A stretch of DNA of 64,000 nucleotides from assembly GCA_037045145.1 (NCBI GenBank), contig JBAOIA010000011.1, positions 991,629 to 1,055,628 on the forward strand, read 5' to 3'. Shown here piece by piece: positions 48,334 to 59,186 of this stretch (position 1 is the first letter of the stretch; every line of letters begins with the position of its first letter). Made by a program: the position numbers and the translations under genes. This DNA is from Bacteroidia bacterium. GTDB lineage: Bacteria; Bacteroidota; Bacteroidia; AKYH767-A; OLB10. The notes beneath the pieces are model-generated. The model had not been told where the DNA came from. It was given only the letters and a program-made list of their open reading frames with translations, and searched no databases.

Positions 48334-48960
48334 TCAGATTTTAAAATCTTCAACGGAAAGCCACTTATTGCACAAAAATAATTCGTCATCAATGTGGTTT
48401 GAACAGATAAAAATCAACCTGCCTTCTGAATGTGTTTTTAAAAATTGCTGATACCATGCAATGTTTTGCTTGTCGAGGTTGGTGCAGGGTTCATCTAATA
48501 ATAAAAGTGGAGTGTCTGATGCAATGGCAAGCAGTAATTTGGTTCGCTGTTTCATGCCCGAAGAAAATTCACTCAGTAATTTATTTCTATGAGTTTCAAG
48601 ACCAGATTCATTAATGATGGAGGATATATTAAATGAAGGCTTTAGGTTTTTAAACCGGAAATAATAACGTATCATTTCCTCTAAAGTAAAATCTTCAATG
48701 AGCATCAAGTAGGGTGAGGCTATTGAAAGATAGCGATAAACAGAATCTGCTTCTATTTTTTTATCATGCTCATTCCACTCAATTTTTCCCTCATTAGGTG
48801 AAACATAGCCTGAAATAACCTGAAGTAATGTTGATTTGCCTGAGCCGTTTTTGCCTGTTATACCAATAACGTCACCTGAAGAAAACGAAGCTGAGCATTT
48901 TCTGAAAATCCAGTGCTGTTTGAATTTTTTTCCGGCTTCAGTTAAGTTGACAGTAAACAC
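48334..48960 (-). CDS. Short ABC-transporter ATP-binding protein with no adjacent permease
   Basis: Walker A GKNGSGKST, signature FSSGMKQR and Walker B LLLLDEP. Only 208 aa. Confidence 0.75.
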   Translation of the reverse strand: MFTVNLTEAGKKFKQHWIFRKCSASFSSGDVIGITGKNGSGKSTLLQVISGYVSPNEGKIEWNEHDKKIEADSVYRYLSIASPYLMLIEDFTLEEMIRYYFRFKNLKPSFNISSIINESGLETHRNKLLSEFSSGMKQRTKLLLAIASDTPLLLLDEPCTNLDKQNIAWYQQFLKTHSEGRLIFICSNHIDDELFLCNKWLSVEDFKI

Positions 48961-48982
48961 GATGTGATTATTTATTGTTCAA

Positions 48983-49780
48983 CTATTCATCATCGCTGTC
49001 TGATGGTGTAAAACCACGCATCAAACCTTTTGGCGAGTTATGAATGAATTCAACAATCTGACCTCGCAGTGTACTTTCAGGAATTTCTTTTTCAATTTCT
49101 GTAAGTGCTTTTTTAATATTGCTATTCTGAACAAAAAGTATGCGATAGATATCCTGAATTTGATTGATATCTTCGTTAGAGAAGCCTCTGCGTCTGAGTC
49201 CAATATTATTTATGCCGATATAAGAAAGTGGCTCGCGTGCTGCCTTGGTAAAGGGTGGAACATTTTTTCGCACTAATGATCCTCCTGCAATAAAACTATG
49301 TGAACCTATATGAACAAACTGCTGCACTGCAACCAAGCCTTCTAATATTGCCCAATCATCAATTAATACATGTCCTGCAAGGGTAACATTGTTTGCCATG
49401 ATAATATTATTACCCAACTGACAATCGTGTGCAATATGTGCATAGGCCATCACCAAACAGTTGCTGCCTAAGGTGGTTTTCATTTTGTCTGTTGTTCCTT
49501 TATTCATGGTAACAAACTCACGAATGGTGGTGTTGTCACCAATTTCTGCTGTTGTCTGTTCGCCTTTATATTTTAAATCCTGCGGAATAGCAGAAATTAC
49601 AGCACCCGGAAAAATGCGACAGTTGTTGCCGATTCTTGCTCCATCATAAATTGTTACATTAGATGCTATCCATGTGTTATCGCCAATAACAACATCATCA
49701 TAAATCATTGTAAAAGGTTCAATGGTTACGTTGTTGCCGATTTTCGCTTTAGGACTGACTACTGCAAGTGGCGATATCAT
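48983..49780 (-). CDS. lpxA: Acyl-ACP--UDP-N-acetylglucosamine O-acyltransferase
   Basis: Hexapeptide-repeat left-handed beta-helix. N-terminus [26 protein letters not shown], typical of LpxA. Confidence 0.9.
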   Translation of the reverse strand: MISPLAVVSPKAKIGNNVTIEPFTMIYDDVVIGDNTWIASNVTIYDGARIGNNCRIFPGAVISAIPQDLKYKGEQTTAEIGDNTTIREFVTMNKGTTDKMKTTLGSNCLVMAYAHIAHDCQLGNNIIMANNVTLAGHVLIDDWAILEGLVAVQQFVHIGSHSFIAGGSLVRKNVPPFTKAAREPLSYIGINNIGLRRRGFSNEDINQIQDIYRILFVQNSNIKKALTEIEKEIPESTLRGQIVEFIHNSPKGLMRGFTPSDSDDE

Positions 49781-51171
49781 GATTTTTTTACAATTTGAGC
49801 CATCATTTCTGCTTCCATAACTACTTTGTCGCCAACAAATGCTTGTCCGCCCATGTGACAGAGACCACGTCTGATGGGTGAAATTAAATCGAGTTTAAAG
49901 ACAACAGTATCGCCAGGTTTAACCATATTCTTAAAACGTGCCGATTCTATTTTTAAAAAGTAAGTCCAGTAATTTCCCGGATCAGGAACAGTATTGAGAA
50001 CAAGAATACCCCCTGTTTGTGCCATAGCTTCAATAAGTAATACACCGGGCATTACAGGATTTCCAGGAAAGTGACCTTGAAAAAACCATTCATTGGCAGT
50101 AACATTCTTTACACCTACAACACCTGTTTCAGTCAGCTCAGTGATTTTATCAATCATCAAAAACGGGAAACGATGTGGCAGGAAAGATTCAATTCTGTTG
50201 ATGTCGAATAGTGCCGGTTTATTTGGGTCAATGATTGGTGCTTTAAGGCGCGATTTGTCTTTGCGAATAATTTCTTTAAACTGCTTGGCAAAGGCTACGT
50301 TGGCTGCATGTCCGGGGCGTGCTGCCAGAATATGCCCTTTCAGATGAACACCCAGCAATGCAAAATCGCCAACAATATCTAACAGTTTGTGTCGGGCAGG
50401 CTCATTCTGAAAATGCAGTTCTATATTATTTAGAATTCCTTTGTGTTTAATCTCAACTTTTGGTTTCTTGAATAAGGTAGCTAGTTCGTCTAACTTGTCT
50501 TGTTTTATTTCGCGGTCAACAATTACGATGGCATTGTTAAGGTCGCCACCTTTTATTAAGTCATGCTTAAGCAGCATTTCAAGTTCATGTAAGAATACAA
50601 ACGTTCTGCATTTTGAGATCTCATCTTTAAACTCGGTAATTTTATGCATTTGTGCATGTTGTGTTCCTAGCACCGGTGAATTGTAATCTACCATTACAGT
50701 AATCCGATAGTCGGGGCTTGGCACAGCAAGCATTTCAACATTGCGGGCAGGCTCTTCGTAGGTGAGGTTTTCTGTTATAACAAAATAGCTACGTGTAGCT
50801 TCTTGCTCACGTAATCCTGCTTTTTGAATAGCATCTACAAAAGGAAAGGCACTACCGTCAAGAATAGGTACTTCGGGACCGTCAATTTCAATAAGCACAT
50901 TATCTATTTCCATGCCTACCAGTGCGGCTAAAACATGTTCAGTTGTGCTCACCTTTACACCGTTAGCACTCAGTGTTGTTCCGCGTGATGTATCCACAAC
51001 ATTGTCCACATCGGCATCAATAACAGGTTGTCCACTTACATCTGTACGTTTAAACTTATATCCATGATTTTCCGGTGCAGGTTTCAAGGTCAGCCTGGCA
51101 TTTATACCGGTGTGCAACCCCGGCCCTTCTACAGTTATTTCTTCTTTTAAAGTAACTTGTTTTACACTCAT
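49777..51171 (-). CDS. lpxC: Bifunctional UDP-3-O-acyl-GlcNAc deacetylase / 3-hydroxyacyl-ACP dehydratase (LpxC/FabZ fusion)
   Basis: N-terminal LpxC fold ([21 protein letters not shown]...). C-terminal FabZ hot-dog ([14 protein letters not shown]...[20 protein letters not shown]). This fusion is typical of Bacteroidota. Confidence 0.92.
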   Translation of the reverse strand: MSVKQVTLKEEITVEGPGLHTGINARLTLKPAPENHGYKFKRTDVSGQPVIDADVDNVVDTSRGTTLSANGVKVSTTEHVLAALVGMEIDNVLIEIDGPEVPILDGSAFPFVDAIQKAGLREQEATRSYFVITENLTYEEPARNVEMLAVPSPDYRITVMVDYNSPVLGTQHAQMHKITEFKDEISKCRTFVFLHELEMLLKHDLIKGGDLNNAIVIVDREIKQDKLDELATLFKKPKVEIKHKGILNNIELHFQNEPARHKLLDIVGDFALLGVHLKGHILAARPGHAANVAFAKQFKEIIRKDKSRLKAPIIDPNKPALFDINRIESFLPHRFPFLMIDKITELTETGVVGVKNVTANEWFFQGHFPGNPVMPGVLLIEAMAQTGGILVLNTVPDPGNYWTYFLKIESARFKNMVKPGDTVVFKLDLISPIRRGLCHMGGQAFVGDKVVMEAEMMAQIVKKS

Positions 51172-52217
51172 GATTTGTTTTCAGCAGGGTTTAGACTACC
51201 TGTCTTTTTTTCTAACTCGTTAATTTTTCTTTCTATTTGAGGCAATTTTTTAAACACAACATAGGTTCGTTTATAGTCGCTGATGTTAAATGCCGGTGAA
51301 CCTTGCACAATTTCGTTTGGCGAAGTGATGCTGGTTCCGATACCGGACTGTGCAGCAATTTTTACACCATCTGCAATAGTTAAATGTCCGATGATGCCTA
51401 CCTGTCCGCCAATCATACAATTTTTTCCGATTTTGGTTGAGCCCGCTATTCCTGTTTGTGCAGCAATAACTGTGTTTTCACCAATTTCAACATTGTGTGC
51501 TATCTGTATCAGATTATCTAACTTAACACCTTTGTGTATGACAGTTGATCCTAAGGTAGCACGATCAATAGTTGTTCCTGCACCGATTTCTACATGGTCG
51601 TGAATAACTACATTACCTATCTGTGGAACTTTTTTATAGTTGTTGTTTTCGTTGGGTGCAAAACCAAAACCATCGGCACCAATAATTACACCTGAGTGGA
51701 TATTGACATGCGAGCCTATCTGACAAAAAGAATAAACACTAACACCGGGAAATAAAGTTGTATTATCACCAATGATTACATGATCACCAATATAACAATG
51801 CGGATAAATTTTTACGTTTTTACCAATTACAGCATTCTTGCCAATATAGGCAAAAGCACCAATATAACCTTGTTCTCCAACAGTTGCCGAAGCGTCAATA
51901 TAAGAAGGAGATTCAACACCTTGTTTATCGTTAACTATCTGATTGTAAATTTCAAGCAAAGACGCAAAACTTTTGTAGGCATCCTCAACTCTGATGAGGG
52001 TTGCACTAATTGCATTTTCAGCCACAAAGTCTTTATTTACAATAACAACAGATGCCTTGGTATCGTAAATATATGGTGCGTATTTTGGATTTGATAAAAA
52101 AGATAGCGTTCCAGGTTTGCCTTCTTCAATTTTAGACAAAGCATTAACTTCGGCATTGTGGTTCCCCTCTATAGTGCCTTTGAGGAGGTCTGCTATTTGT
52201 TTGGCGGTAAACTTCAT
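51168..52217 (-). CDS. lpxD: UDP-3-O-(3-hydroxyacyl)glucosamine N-acyltransferase
   Basis: LpxD N-terminal domain followed by hexapeptide repeats. Overlaps lpxC/fabZ by 4 bp. Confidence 0.9.
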   Translation of the reverse strand: MKFTAKQIADLLKGTIEGNHNAEVNALSKIEEGKPGTLSFLSNPKYAPYIYDTKASVVIVNKDFVAENAISATLIRVEDAYKSFASLLEIYNQIVNDKQGVESPSYIDASATVGEQGYIGAFAYIGKNAVIGKNVKIYPHCYIGDHVIIGDNTTLFPGVSVYSFCQIGSHVNIHSGVIIGADGFGFAPNENNNYKKVPQIGNVVIHDHVEIGAGTTIDRATLGSTVIHKGVKLDNLIQIAHNVEIGENTVIAAQTGIAGSTKIGKNCMIGGQVGIIGHLTIADGVKIAAQSGIGTSITSPNEIVQGSPAFNISDYKRTYVVFKKLPQIERKINELEKKTGSLNPAENKS

Positions 52218-52396
52218 TTGTTGCTCAATAAATTCCGGAATTGGTGCAATGTGTGCAAATGTACAAATGAGAAGGGGATATACAAACCCAACGTATAAAT
52301 ACTATTCAACTAAAAAACAATGCTAAAACAATGGTTGGCAGGAGTATGGCCAAGTTAAGGATTTGTAGGCGCTGAAATTTGATGCAGGTTAAGGAT

Positions 52397-53569
52397 TTAT
52401 TGCCTCTTGGCATTCTGGCTTTGTAAAACAGCGGTTAGTCCGGCAAACATCCAGGCATTGCTCCAGCGCATAAATGATGTCTTTTCTGTATGGTTTTTGT
52501 ATTTTCTGAAATAAAAGTAGCCCTTTGGATGTTGCATGTTTTCAATCATATATTCTGCAACTTTAATAGAAAGGGTATGCTCATTAAATCGTGTTAATGT
52601 CAGAAGAGATTGCGCTGCTGCAGTACAATCAACCGGAAAAACATTGTTATTATAGAATTTTGGAATTCTACCTTCAAGAAAAAAGTTATTGGTGTAAAAT
52701 TTTTTTCCGGCTTCAAGGTTTTTATCATAGGTTTTATCCTCACAGTGTAAAATATATTCATGTAAACAATCTAAAACATAGCCGGTGTGGTAATTGTCAA
52801 TCCACGTTCCAGCATCACTTGTTGAATATATCCATGCACCATCTGCACGCTGATGTTTCATGACAAAAGCAACAGATTCTGCTGCTGCCATTTTTATTGT
52901 TTCATCTTTTGTTTCCGAATAAACCTGAGCCAACAAGCGAGTGCCTTTCATACTTGCATTAAATACTACCTGATTATCGAAAGGCGAATAAGAAAAACAA
53001 AAAAGACCATCTGCATCGGCTGTACGGTTTAAATCTTTCATCACAAAATCTGCTGCGCTTTTACAAAGTTGAAACGCTTTTTGATTTCCTGTTTGTTTAT
53101 ATGCGATAAAAAGTGCATTAGTAATTATTCCAGTTGCAACAACAGTTGGTTGATATGCAGGAATGTTAGCATATCGTGCTTCCCAGTCAAAATCATATCC
53201 CCAACATGCGCCATGAAATCCTTTCGGAATAAGTTTTTCAAGTTCGTCAATCAGTTTGGAAATATTTTGGTTGAGAATATTTTTTTCTTGTGGATTAATG
53301 TTGATTAGTTGCGCATAAGCCTGAATACAAAGACCAAGAGTTACAGGATTCAGCCCTTTTGGGACAAATAATATTGACCTCAGGTTAAAAGGCGATCGTT
53401 TAACAAGTTGTTGTGCTCCAAAACGCATTAGCTTGTTTTTGTTCAGCAATGGTAATTTAAACAGCGGAGATTTTAATGCATCGTAAGGGTCGTATCCTTT
53501 GTAGTGATGCGACTCAATATATTTTCGTAGCCGGGATGTTGCCGCTTCAATGGTTGTGGATGCATCCAT
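52397..53569 (-). CDS. Hypothetical protein at the distal end of the glycan operon (alpha-helical, possibly alpha/alpha-toroid)
   Basis: 390 aa with no signal peptide and Trp/Tyr-rich helices (WGYDFDWE...). No confident family. Confidence 0.4.
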   Translation of the reverse strand: MDASTTIEAATSRLRKYIESHHYKGYDPYDALKSPLFKLPLLNKNKLMRFGAQQLVKRSPFNLRSILFVPKGLNPVTLGLCIQAYAQLININPQEKNILNQNISKLIDELEKLIPKGFHGACWGYDFDWEARYANIPAYQPTVVATGIITNALFIAYKQTGNQKAFQLCKSAADFVMKDLNRTADADGLFCFSYSPFDNQVVFNASMKGTRLLAQVYSETKDETIKMAAAESVAFVMKHQRADGAWIYSTSDAGTWIDNYHTGYVLDCLHEYILHCEDKTYDKNLEAGKKFYTNNFFLEGRIPKFYNNNVFPVDCTAAAQSLLTLTRFNEHTLSIKVAEYMIENMQHPKGYFYFRKYKNHTEKTSFMRWSNAWMFAGLTAVLQSQNAKRQ

Positions 53570-53573
53570 TGAA

Positions 53574-55700
53574 TTAAAGAATTATTCTTTCGCCATTGGA
53601 GGCAATGCTTTGTAATGCACGGAATGTTGCCAGCGTACTTAAAACCGTTTCTTCAAAAGGTATAGGTGCAGGTTTTCCCTGAAGAATACTTTCTACAAAA
53701 GCTTTCACTTCGTTCTGATGACCTTTGTCCTGATTGCCTGTATATTTTTTTTCTGACTTACCGGATACTGTCAGTGTTTTAAAGTCGTCAAGTACTGCGA
53801 CAATGCCTGAACCGAATACTTCAAGATATTCTTTGTTTATACTCTTATTGCCATTGCTGAAATAACTTACAGAAGCGGTACTGCCATTTTCAAATTGAAG
53901 ATTAAAGCAAACTGTATCGTTTAGTTTTTGTGCATCATTCAATGCAACAGCACTGATAGTTGTAAGTTTTGAACCGGCAAGAAACATACATAAATCAATA
54001 AAGTGACAGGCTTCACCAACAATACGCCCACCACCTACTTTTAAGTCGTGCACCCAATGATCAGCTGGGATTACACCTGCATTGATTCTGTAATTGATAG
54101 CAATTGGATTGGAGGAAGAGAAAGTTTTTTTAATAGTTTGAATCATTGGAGCAAACCTACGGTTAAAGCCAACCATTACCCTGCAGTTATGCTTGGTAAA
54201 TTCATGTTGTATCTGCACCAATTCTTCCTCTGTTAAGCAAAGAGGTTTTTCAACAAACACATTTTTTCCTGATTGTAATGCCTGCATAACATATCCTGCA
54301 TGCGTTTCGTGACGCGTAGCAATAAAAACAGTGTTAATGTCTTTGTTGCTGAAAATATCCTGAGCATTACCTGATGCAAAAGCAAATTGATTTTTATCGG
54401 CAATATTTCGTGCATTATTGGGACGGGCTGTAACAATGCCACTGAGTTTAGCAGGAGTATTTTTTAATGCCGGTAATAAAAAATTTTGTCCGAAAGAGCC
54501 AGCACCAATCATACCGGCAACCACATCACTCTGGGTATAAGAAGGATTGGAGAGATTTACTTTTTGTTGCAATGGTTTATTGATATCATACTTTAAAATC
54601 ATTCCAACAAAAGGCTCAGTTTTGTTCATGATAAGGTCGTATGCTGCCGGGGCTTCTTTAAAATCAAATGTATGAGTAAGCAGATTGGTCAGATTGATTT
54701 TTCCTGTTGCAATTAAATCAACAAAAGCAGCCATATTCCGGTTCTCAGTCCAGCGAACATATCCGTAGGGATAATCTATACCCCCTTCTTCATATTCTGT
54801 ATCATAACGTCCCGGACCATAGGAGCAACTCATGCGCAAGTCTAATTCTTTTTTAAAATAGTTAGGTCGTTTAAAACCTGTTGGCACTGCACCAACAATA
54901 ACCACTTTTCCTTTTTTACGACATAAGGCTCCTGCCAGATCTACCGGATCAAGTGAATCTGTACCGGCAGTGATTATTACTGCGTCAGTGCCGTAGCCGT
55001 TAGTAATGTTATTAATAGAGCTTTCAAGGTCTTCACTGTTTCTGGTAAATGCTGCATCAATATCAGTATGCAAAGCAAGGTCAACCATGCGCTGGTCAAT
55101 ATCAATACCGATAGTTTTTATGCCACCGGCTTTCAGCATTTGAACCGTTAGTTGGCCTACCAAACCAAGTCCTATAACCACACAGTTTTCGCCCAAACGA
55201 AGATCAGCTTGTCTGATTCCCTGAAGTGCAATAGCCCCTAATGTTGTAAAGCATGCATGTTGAAGTGCAATTTTATCGTTTAGTTTAACACAAAGATTTA
55301 CAGGCACGGCAATCACTTCTGCATGTACAGCACTATTGCCGCCACAAGCAACTAAATCACCAACTCTGAATTCAGTAACATCTGGTGCAACAGCAATAAT
55401 TTCGCCTGCTGTACTGTAGCCTAATGATGATGGTGCATCTAATTTATTCATCACCATTTTATAGGTGTTTAATATGCCAAATGTTTTTGCCGCATCAATC
55501 ACTTTTTTAACTTCTTCTTTTCTGGCTCTGGCTTTACCGATATAACTCAGACGAGCATCTTTTACGGTTTTGCCTTCTGTGCCAGCACTAATAAGTGAAT
55601 AATGATTGCGTACCAAAACCTGTCCTGATGATAGTACAGGAAAAGGCACTTCAAGTAACTGCATTTTTCCATCTTTCAAATTTTGAGTTAACTGTTCCAT
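53574..55700 (-). CDS. Bi-domain oxidoreductase: MDR/alcohol-dehydrogenase-like N-terminal half fused to a Gfo/Idh/MocA NAD-binding C-terminal half
   Basis: N-terminal GroES-like plus Rossmann (VIGLGLVGQL). C-terminal Gfo/Idh/MocA region (GMIGAGSFGQNFLLPAL...EKPLCLT). Confidence 0.75.
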   Translation of the reverse strand: MEQLTQNLKDGKMQLLEVPFPVLSSGQVLVRNHYSLISAGTEGKTVKDARLSYIGKARARKEEVKKVIDAAKTFGILNTYKMVMNKLDAPSSLGYSTAGEIIAVAPDVTEFRVGDLVACGGNSAVHAEVIAVPVNLCVKLNDKIALQHACFTTLGAIALQGIRQADLRLGENCVVIGLGLVGQLTVQMLKAGGIKTIGIDIDQRMVDLALHTDIDAAFTRNSEDLESSINNITNGYGTDAVIITAGTDSLDPVDLAGALCRKKGKVVIVGAVPTGFKRPNYFKKELDLRMSCSYGPGRYDTEYEEGGIDYPYGYVRWTENRNMAAFVDLIATGKINLTNLLTHTFDFKEAPAAYDLIMNKTEPFVGMILKYDINKPLQQKVNLSNPSYTQSDVVAGMIGAGSFGQNFLLPALKNTPAKLSGIVTARPNNARNIADKNQFAFASGNAQDIFSNKDINTVFIATRHETHAGYVMQALQSGKNVFVEKPLCLTEEELVQIQHEFTKHNCRVMVGFNRRFAPMIQTIKKTFSSSNPIAINYRINAGVIPADHWVHDLKVGGGRIVGEACHFIDLCMFLAGSKLTTISAVALNDAQKLNDTVCFNLQFENGSTASVSYFSNGNKSINKEYLEVFGSGIVAVLDDFKTLTVSGKSEKKYTGNQDKGHQNEVKAFVESILQGKPAPIPFEETVLSTLATFRALQSIASNGERIIL

Positions 55701-55719
55701 TTTTTGCAGTTTAGATTGT

Positions 55720-56679
55720 TTATGAAGAATAATTTTGATCGAACCACTTTCTGAATGCTATCAATCCCTCTTCTAAAGTTGTAGCAGGACTGTAGTTGAG
55801 TAATTCTTTTGCTTTGGCAATATCGGCAAATGTATGAGGTACATCACCTGGTTGGTCAGGTAGTTTTTCGAGAATTGCTTTTTTGCCGGCTTCTTTCTCG
55901 ATAGCTGTAATTAGCATATTCAGATTTATGGTTCTGTTATTACCAAGATTTATGATTTCATAATTGCTTTTATCGTAATGCATGGCTGCAATAATGCCAT
56001 TCACAATGTCGCCTACAAAGGTGTAGTCGCGACTTGTTTCGCCATTCCCAAAGAATGGAATTGGTTTACTCTGACGAATCAACTTAAAAAATTTATGTAT
56101 GGCTAAGTCAGGTCGTTGACGTGGGCCAAACACTGTGAAGAAACGGAGGGAGATAAACCTGATGCCGTATAAATGAGAGTAGGTATGCCCGGCAAGTTCA
56201 CATGAAACTTTTGTTGATGCATAAGGAGAGATAGGTTTTAATACAAAATCGTTTTCACTCCATGGTGTGTTTGGGTTGATTCCATAAACACTACTGCTGC
56301 CGGCAAAAACAAATTGTTTGATATTTTTTTCTTTTGCCTTCTCTAAAAGGTTAACAGTTCCTTTGATATTTACATCCTCATAAAGCAAGGGGTTTTCAAT
56401 ACTTGGTCTCACTCCGGCTCGTGCTGCAAGATGCACTATAATATCAAATGGTTGTTGAAATATTTTATCAATAAAAGCAGTGTCACGAATATCACCTTCA
56501 AGTAAAAAAAAGTTTTTATTTTTTAAAGCTTCCGAAATATTGTTTCTTTTTATGGTAGGATCATAAAAATCGTCAAACACATCAAGGCAATGAACTTCGT
56601 AAAGGCCATTAGCCAATAGGGCATCGCATAAATTGCTGCCAATAAACCCTGCTCCTCCGGTTACTAATACTTTTTTCAA
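55720..56679 (-). CDS. NAD-dependent nucleotide-sugar epimerase/dehydratase (SDR-extended)
   Basis: MKKVLVTGGAGFIGSNL and catalytic YASTK. Confidence 0.85.
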   Translation of the reverse strand: MKKVLVTGGAGFIGSNLCDALLANGLYEVHCLDVFDDFYDPTIKRNNISEALKNKNFFLLEGDIRDTAFIDKIFQQPFDIIVHLAARAGVRPSIENPLLYEDVNIKGTVNLLEKAKEKNIKQFVFAGSSSVYGINPNTPWSENDFVLKPISPYASTKVSCELAGHTYSHLYGIRFISLRFFTVFGPRQRPDLAIHKFFKLIRQSKPIPFFGNGETSRDYTFVGDIVNGIIAAMHYDKSNYEIINLGNNRTINLNMLITAIEKEAGKKAILEKLPDQPGDVPHTFADIAKAKELLNYSPATTLEEGLIAFRKWFDQNYSS

Positions 56680-56690
56680 TTTAATAAAAT

Positions 56691-57800
56691 TTAATTCTCT
56701 ATTACACTTCTGAATGCATGACCCATCCGTTCAACCATTTTTTCTTCTGTCAGATTTTCCAGGTAGATACGTCTGCTTTCTGCTCCCATTTTGTTTCTCA
56801 AATCTTTATCGTTTGCCAAAATAATTATTTTTTCGGCTAACTGATTAATATTTTTCTTTTCTACCAGATAACCATTCTTGCCGTCATGTACACTTTCGGA
56901 GATTGCTGCATGGTCTGTAGAAATTACAGGCAGTCCGGCAGCCATAGCTTCAACGGTAACCCATGGATGACCTTCGTTTCGATAGTATGTTGGAAAAACA
57001 AAAATATCAGCTTCGTTCAGAATGCTGAATTTCTTATCACCTTTCACAGGTCCATGATTTATAACAGGAAGTTCAGGATGCTGTTGTAAAAAATTTTCAA
57101 AATCGGTTTTTACATCTGCTTCACGCCATTCTCCGGCAAACACAAATTCTACATTTTTATTTTTTTCAAAAACTAATGGTGCTGCATACAATGCTTCTAA
57201 AACACCTTTGGTGCGCACATAGTTCCCTAAAAATAGTACTTTAACTTTACTGTTGTTTCGCTCATTGTAGTTAACCGGAAAATTACCACCATTGGGAATA
57301 ACAAAAATTTTTTCATCCGGAACAATCCAGTTAAATAATTTACGAAGGTTATTGCCAAGCACAATCTGACCGTTTACTTTTTTGTGTACAAAACGAATAA
57401 AAGCTTTCATTGTTTTTCCACTTTCATTATACCAGTTCAGAAAATATCCACCACGAAGGTGTGTAAGCACTTTAATGCCAAAAAGCTTTGCGATGAGAAT
57501 ATAACCTGCATCGCGTGTGTAGCCTACGTTGGTTTGCCCTGCCGGAACATATACAAGATTTGGACGATAGCGAATACAATACCAGAACAATTGAAAATAT
57601 TGTTTAAAGGCCAGATAAAAATTTGTAAAATCGAGTTTTGCTAATGTATTGATGTCGCGTTTATCTGAAAGGTCGAGATGAATTAAATTAAATTCATCTT
57701 TGAGTTTTGAGTTGAGAATAATTTCGCAGGCAACAGAAGGGCCAATGTAGGGTGGAGGTAGTTTTCCCAGAAAAACGACCGTATATTTTTTGTCGCTCAT
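56691..57800 (-). CDS. Glycosyltransferase family 4
   Basis: C-terminal GT-B motif EGHPWVTVEAMAAGLPVISTD. Confidence 0.85.
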   Translation of the reverse strand: MSDKKYTVVFLGKLPPPYIGPSVACEIILNSKLKDEFNLIHLDLSDKRDINTLAKLDFTNFYLAFKQYFQLFWYCIRYRPNLVYVPAGQTNVGYTRDAGYILIAKLFGIKVLTHLRGGYFLNWYNESGKTMKAFIRFVHKKVNGQIVLGNNLRKLFNWIVPDEKIFVIPNGGNFPVNYNERNNSKVKVLFLGNYVRTKGVLEALYAAPLVFEKNKNVEFVFAGEWREADVKTDFENFLQQHPELPVINHGPVKGDKKFSILNEADIFVFPTYYRNEGHPWVTVEAMAAGLPVISTDHAAISESVHDGKNGYLVEKKNINQLAEKIIILANDKDLRNKMGAESRRIYLENLTEEKMVERMGHAFRSVIEN

Positions 57801-59149
57801 GATGATTTAAATTTAAGATAAAAGGATGGAAAAAAGCGTTGCATTAAGTAAGTGATGGTTATGCCACTACATAACATCAGGAAAAAATCAATAGGTATGC
57901 GTGCTCTGGTGAACCCAATAGCAATGGCATGTGCACCGGTGAAAGCAAGTAAGATAAGTAACAGCATAAATGCCTCAGGCGGATGTTTTTTAAATAATAT
58001 TATCAATCCAAAGGGAAAGAGTAGTAACAATGGCAGGTATGAAATAAGATAAACGGATTTACGTCCTTCATTGCTTCCGAATTTCACACTTTTACTATCA
58101 GGGTTGCGATTCCAACTCCAAAGTTTTTCTGCTTTAAGCCAACCCATAGAAACAAATTCAGGGAAATTGTTTTTTATCCAATTTACAGCCTCTTGCTGAT
58201 AGGCTGCAGCTGCTTTTACTGCCTCATCAGGTGTACGTGCGGCAAGTGGATACTGTGCATAAATGGGCACTGGCGGGCTTAATCTATAAATTTCGTCTAA
58301 TGATTTATTTGCTTTAAGATATTCGAATGACAAAGGATTGTTGCCTTGCCACATGCCGAATGACCCATGAGTGCTGATTAATAATTTTCCTGTTAGTGCA
58401 TAGTTTCTTACCAACCAAGGTGCCATTGCCAGAAGACTTCCTGCAACAATTAGTGAGCAACTGATAAATGCCGCTGTTATATTCTCGGATTTGAAGTAGC
58501 GATAGAATACATAGAGAAACAAACCTGGAAGAAAGGTAATGATAGTTGCTCTTGTTAAGAATGCCAGACCAATAATAATTCCGGCAAGTACAAGTTTTTT
58601 CGAAGAAAGTTTTTCTGTAAGCAATAAATCAATAATCAATACAAGAAGAAAAACAAAAAGTGTAGTGTCGTAAATAGAAAACGAATAGGTAAAGAGATAG
58701 GGATATAAAGCATGATAACATGCAGCAAAAAAACCTGCAATGGGATGAAAAAGCCTGGTGCCGATTTTAAATAACAAGAGAGAGGTAATGAGATGCAGAG
58801 TAGCCTGAAGAATGGTCAGACCTAGCCAATTATATCCTGTAACAGCATAGCTGATGCTCATTAAAGCCGGATACAATGGCTCATAGTCAACAGAAGGAAT
58901 TCCCTGAACAAGACTATATTCACCATTAAGATACAAATTGCTTGCAAGCGCATTAAGATAGGTTTTTGAATTACCACGATTCAGAAAGGATTCTTTAAGG
59001 TGAAATCCAATGGCAATTTTTGCAACGAACCCCGCCAATAGAAAAATTATCAGCAGTTTTTTTAAATTTATTTTTGTGTTTGCAGTCAAGAATGTAGAGG
59101 AAATGGAAATATAAAATCTTACCCCTTTTGGGCGGCTGCAAAAGTACAA
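57797..59149 (-). CDS. Polytopic membrane glycosyltransferase (GT-C, PMT/ArnT-like, GT39/83-type)
   Basis: 450 aa with more than 10 TM helices. Overlaps the GT4 gene by 4 bp. Same family type as 21871..23538. Confidence 0.5.
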   Translation of the reverse strand: MYFCSRPKGVRFYISISSTFLTANTKINLKKLLIIFLLAGFVAKIAIGFHLKESFLNRGNSKTYLNALASNLYLNGEYSLVQGIPSVDYEPLYPALMSISYAVTGYNWLGLTILQATLHLITSLLLFKIGTRLFHPIAGFFAACYHALYPYLFTYSFSIYDTTLFVFLLVLIIDLLLTEKLSSKKLVLAGIIIGLAFLTRATIITFLPGLFLYVFYRYFKSENITAAFISCSLIVAGSLLAMAPWLVRNYALTGKLLISTHGSFGMWQGNNPLSFEYLKANKSLDEIYRLSPPVPIYAQYPLAARTPDEAVKAAAAYQQEAVNWIKNNFPEFVSMGWLKAEKLWSWNRNPDSKSVKFGSNEGRKSVYLISYLPLLLLFPFGLIILFKKHPPEAFMLLLILLAFTGAHAIAIGFTRARIPIDFFLMLCSGITITYLMQRFFPSFYLKFKSS

Positions 59150-59186
59150 CTTTACAAGGCACGATTAGTGCTGAAAAGCAGTAAGT

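Noticed and set aside
48432-54442. ORFs 48432..48614, 49021..49276, 49461..49649, 50093..50347, 50441..50686, 51283..51603, 51780..52094, 52117..52326, 52591..52863, 53069..53308, 54048..54442
   Set aside because: All lie within or antisense to the ABC ATPase, lpxA, lpxC/fabZ, lpxD and glycan-operon genes and have no independent evidence.
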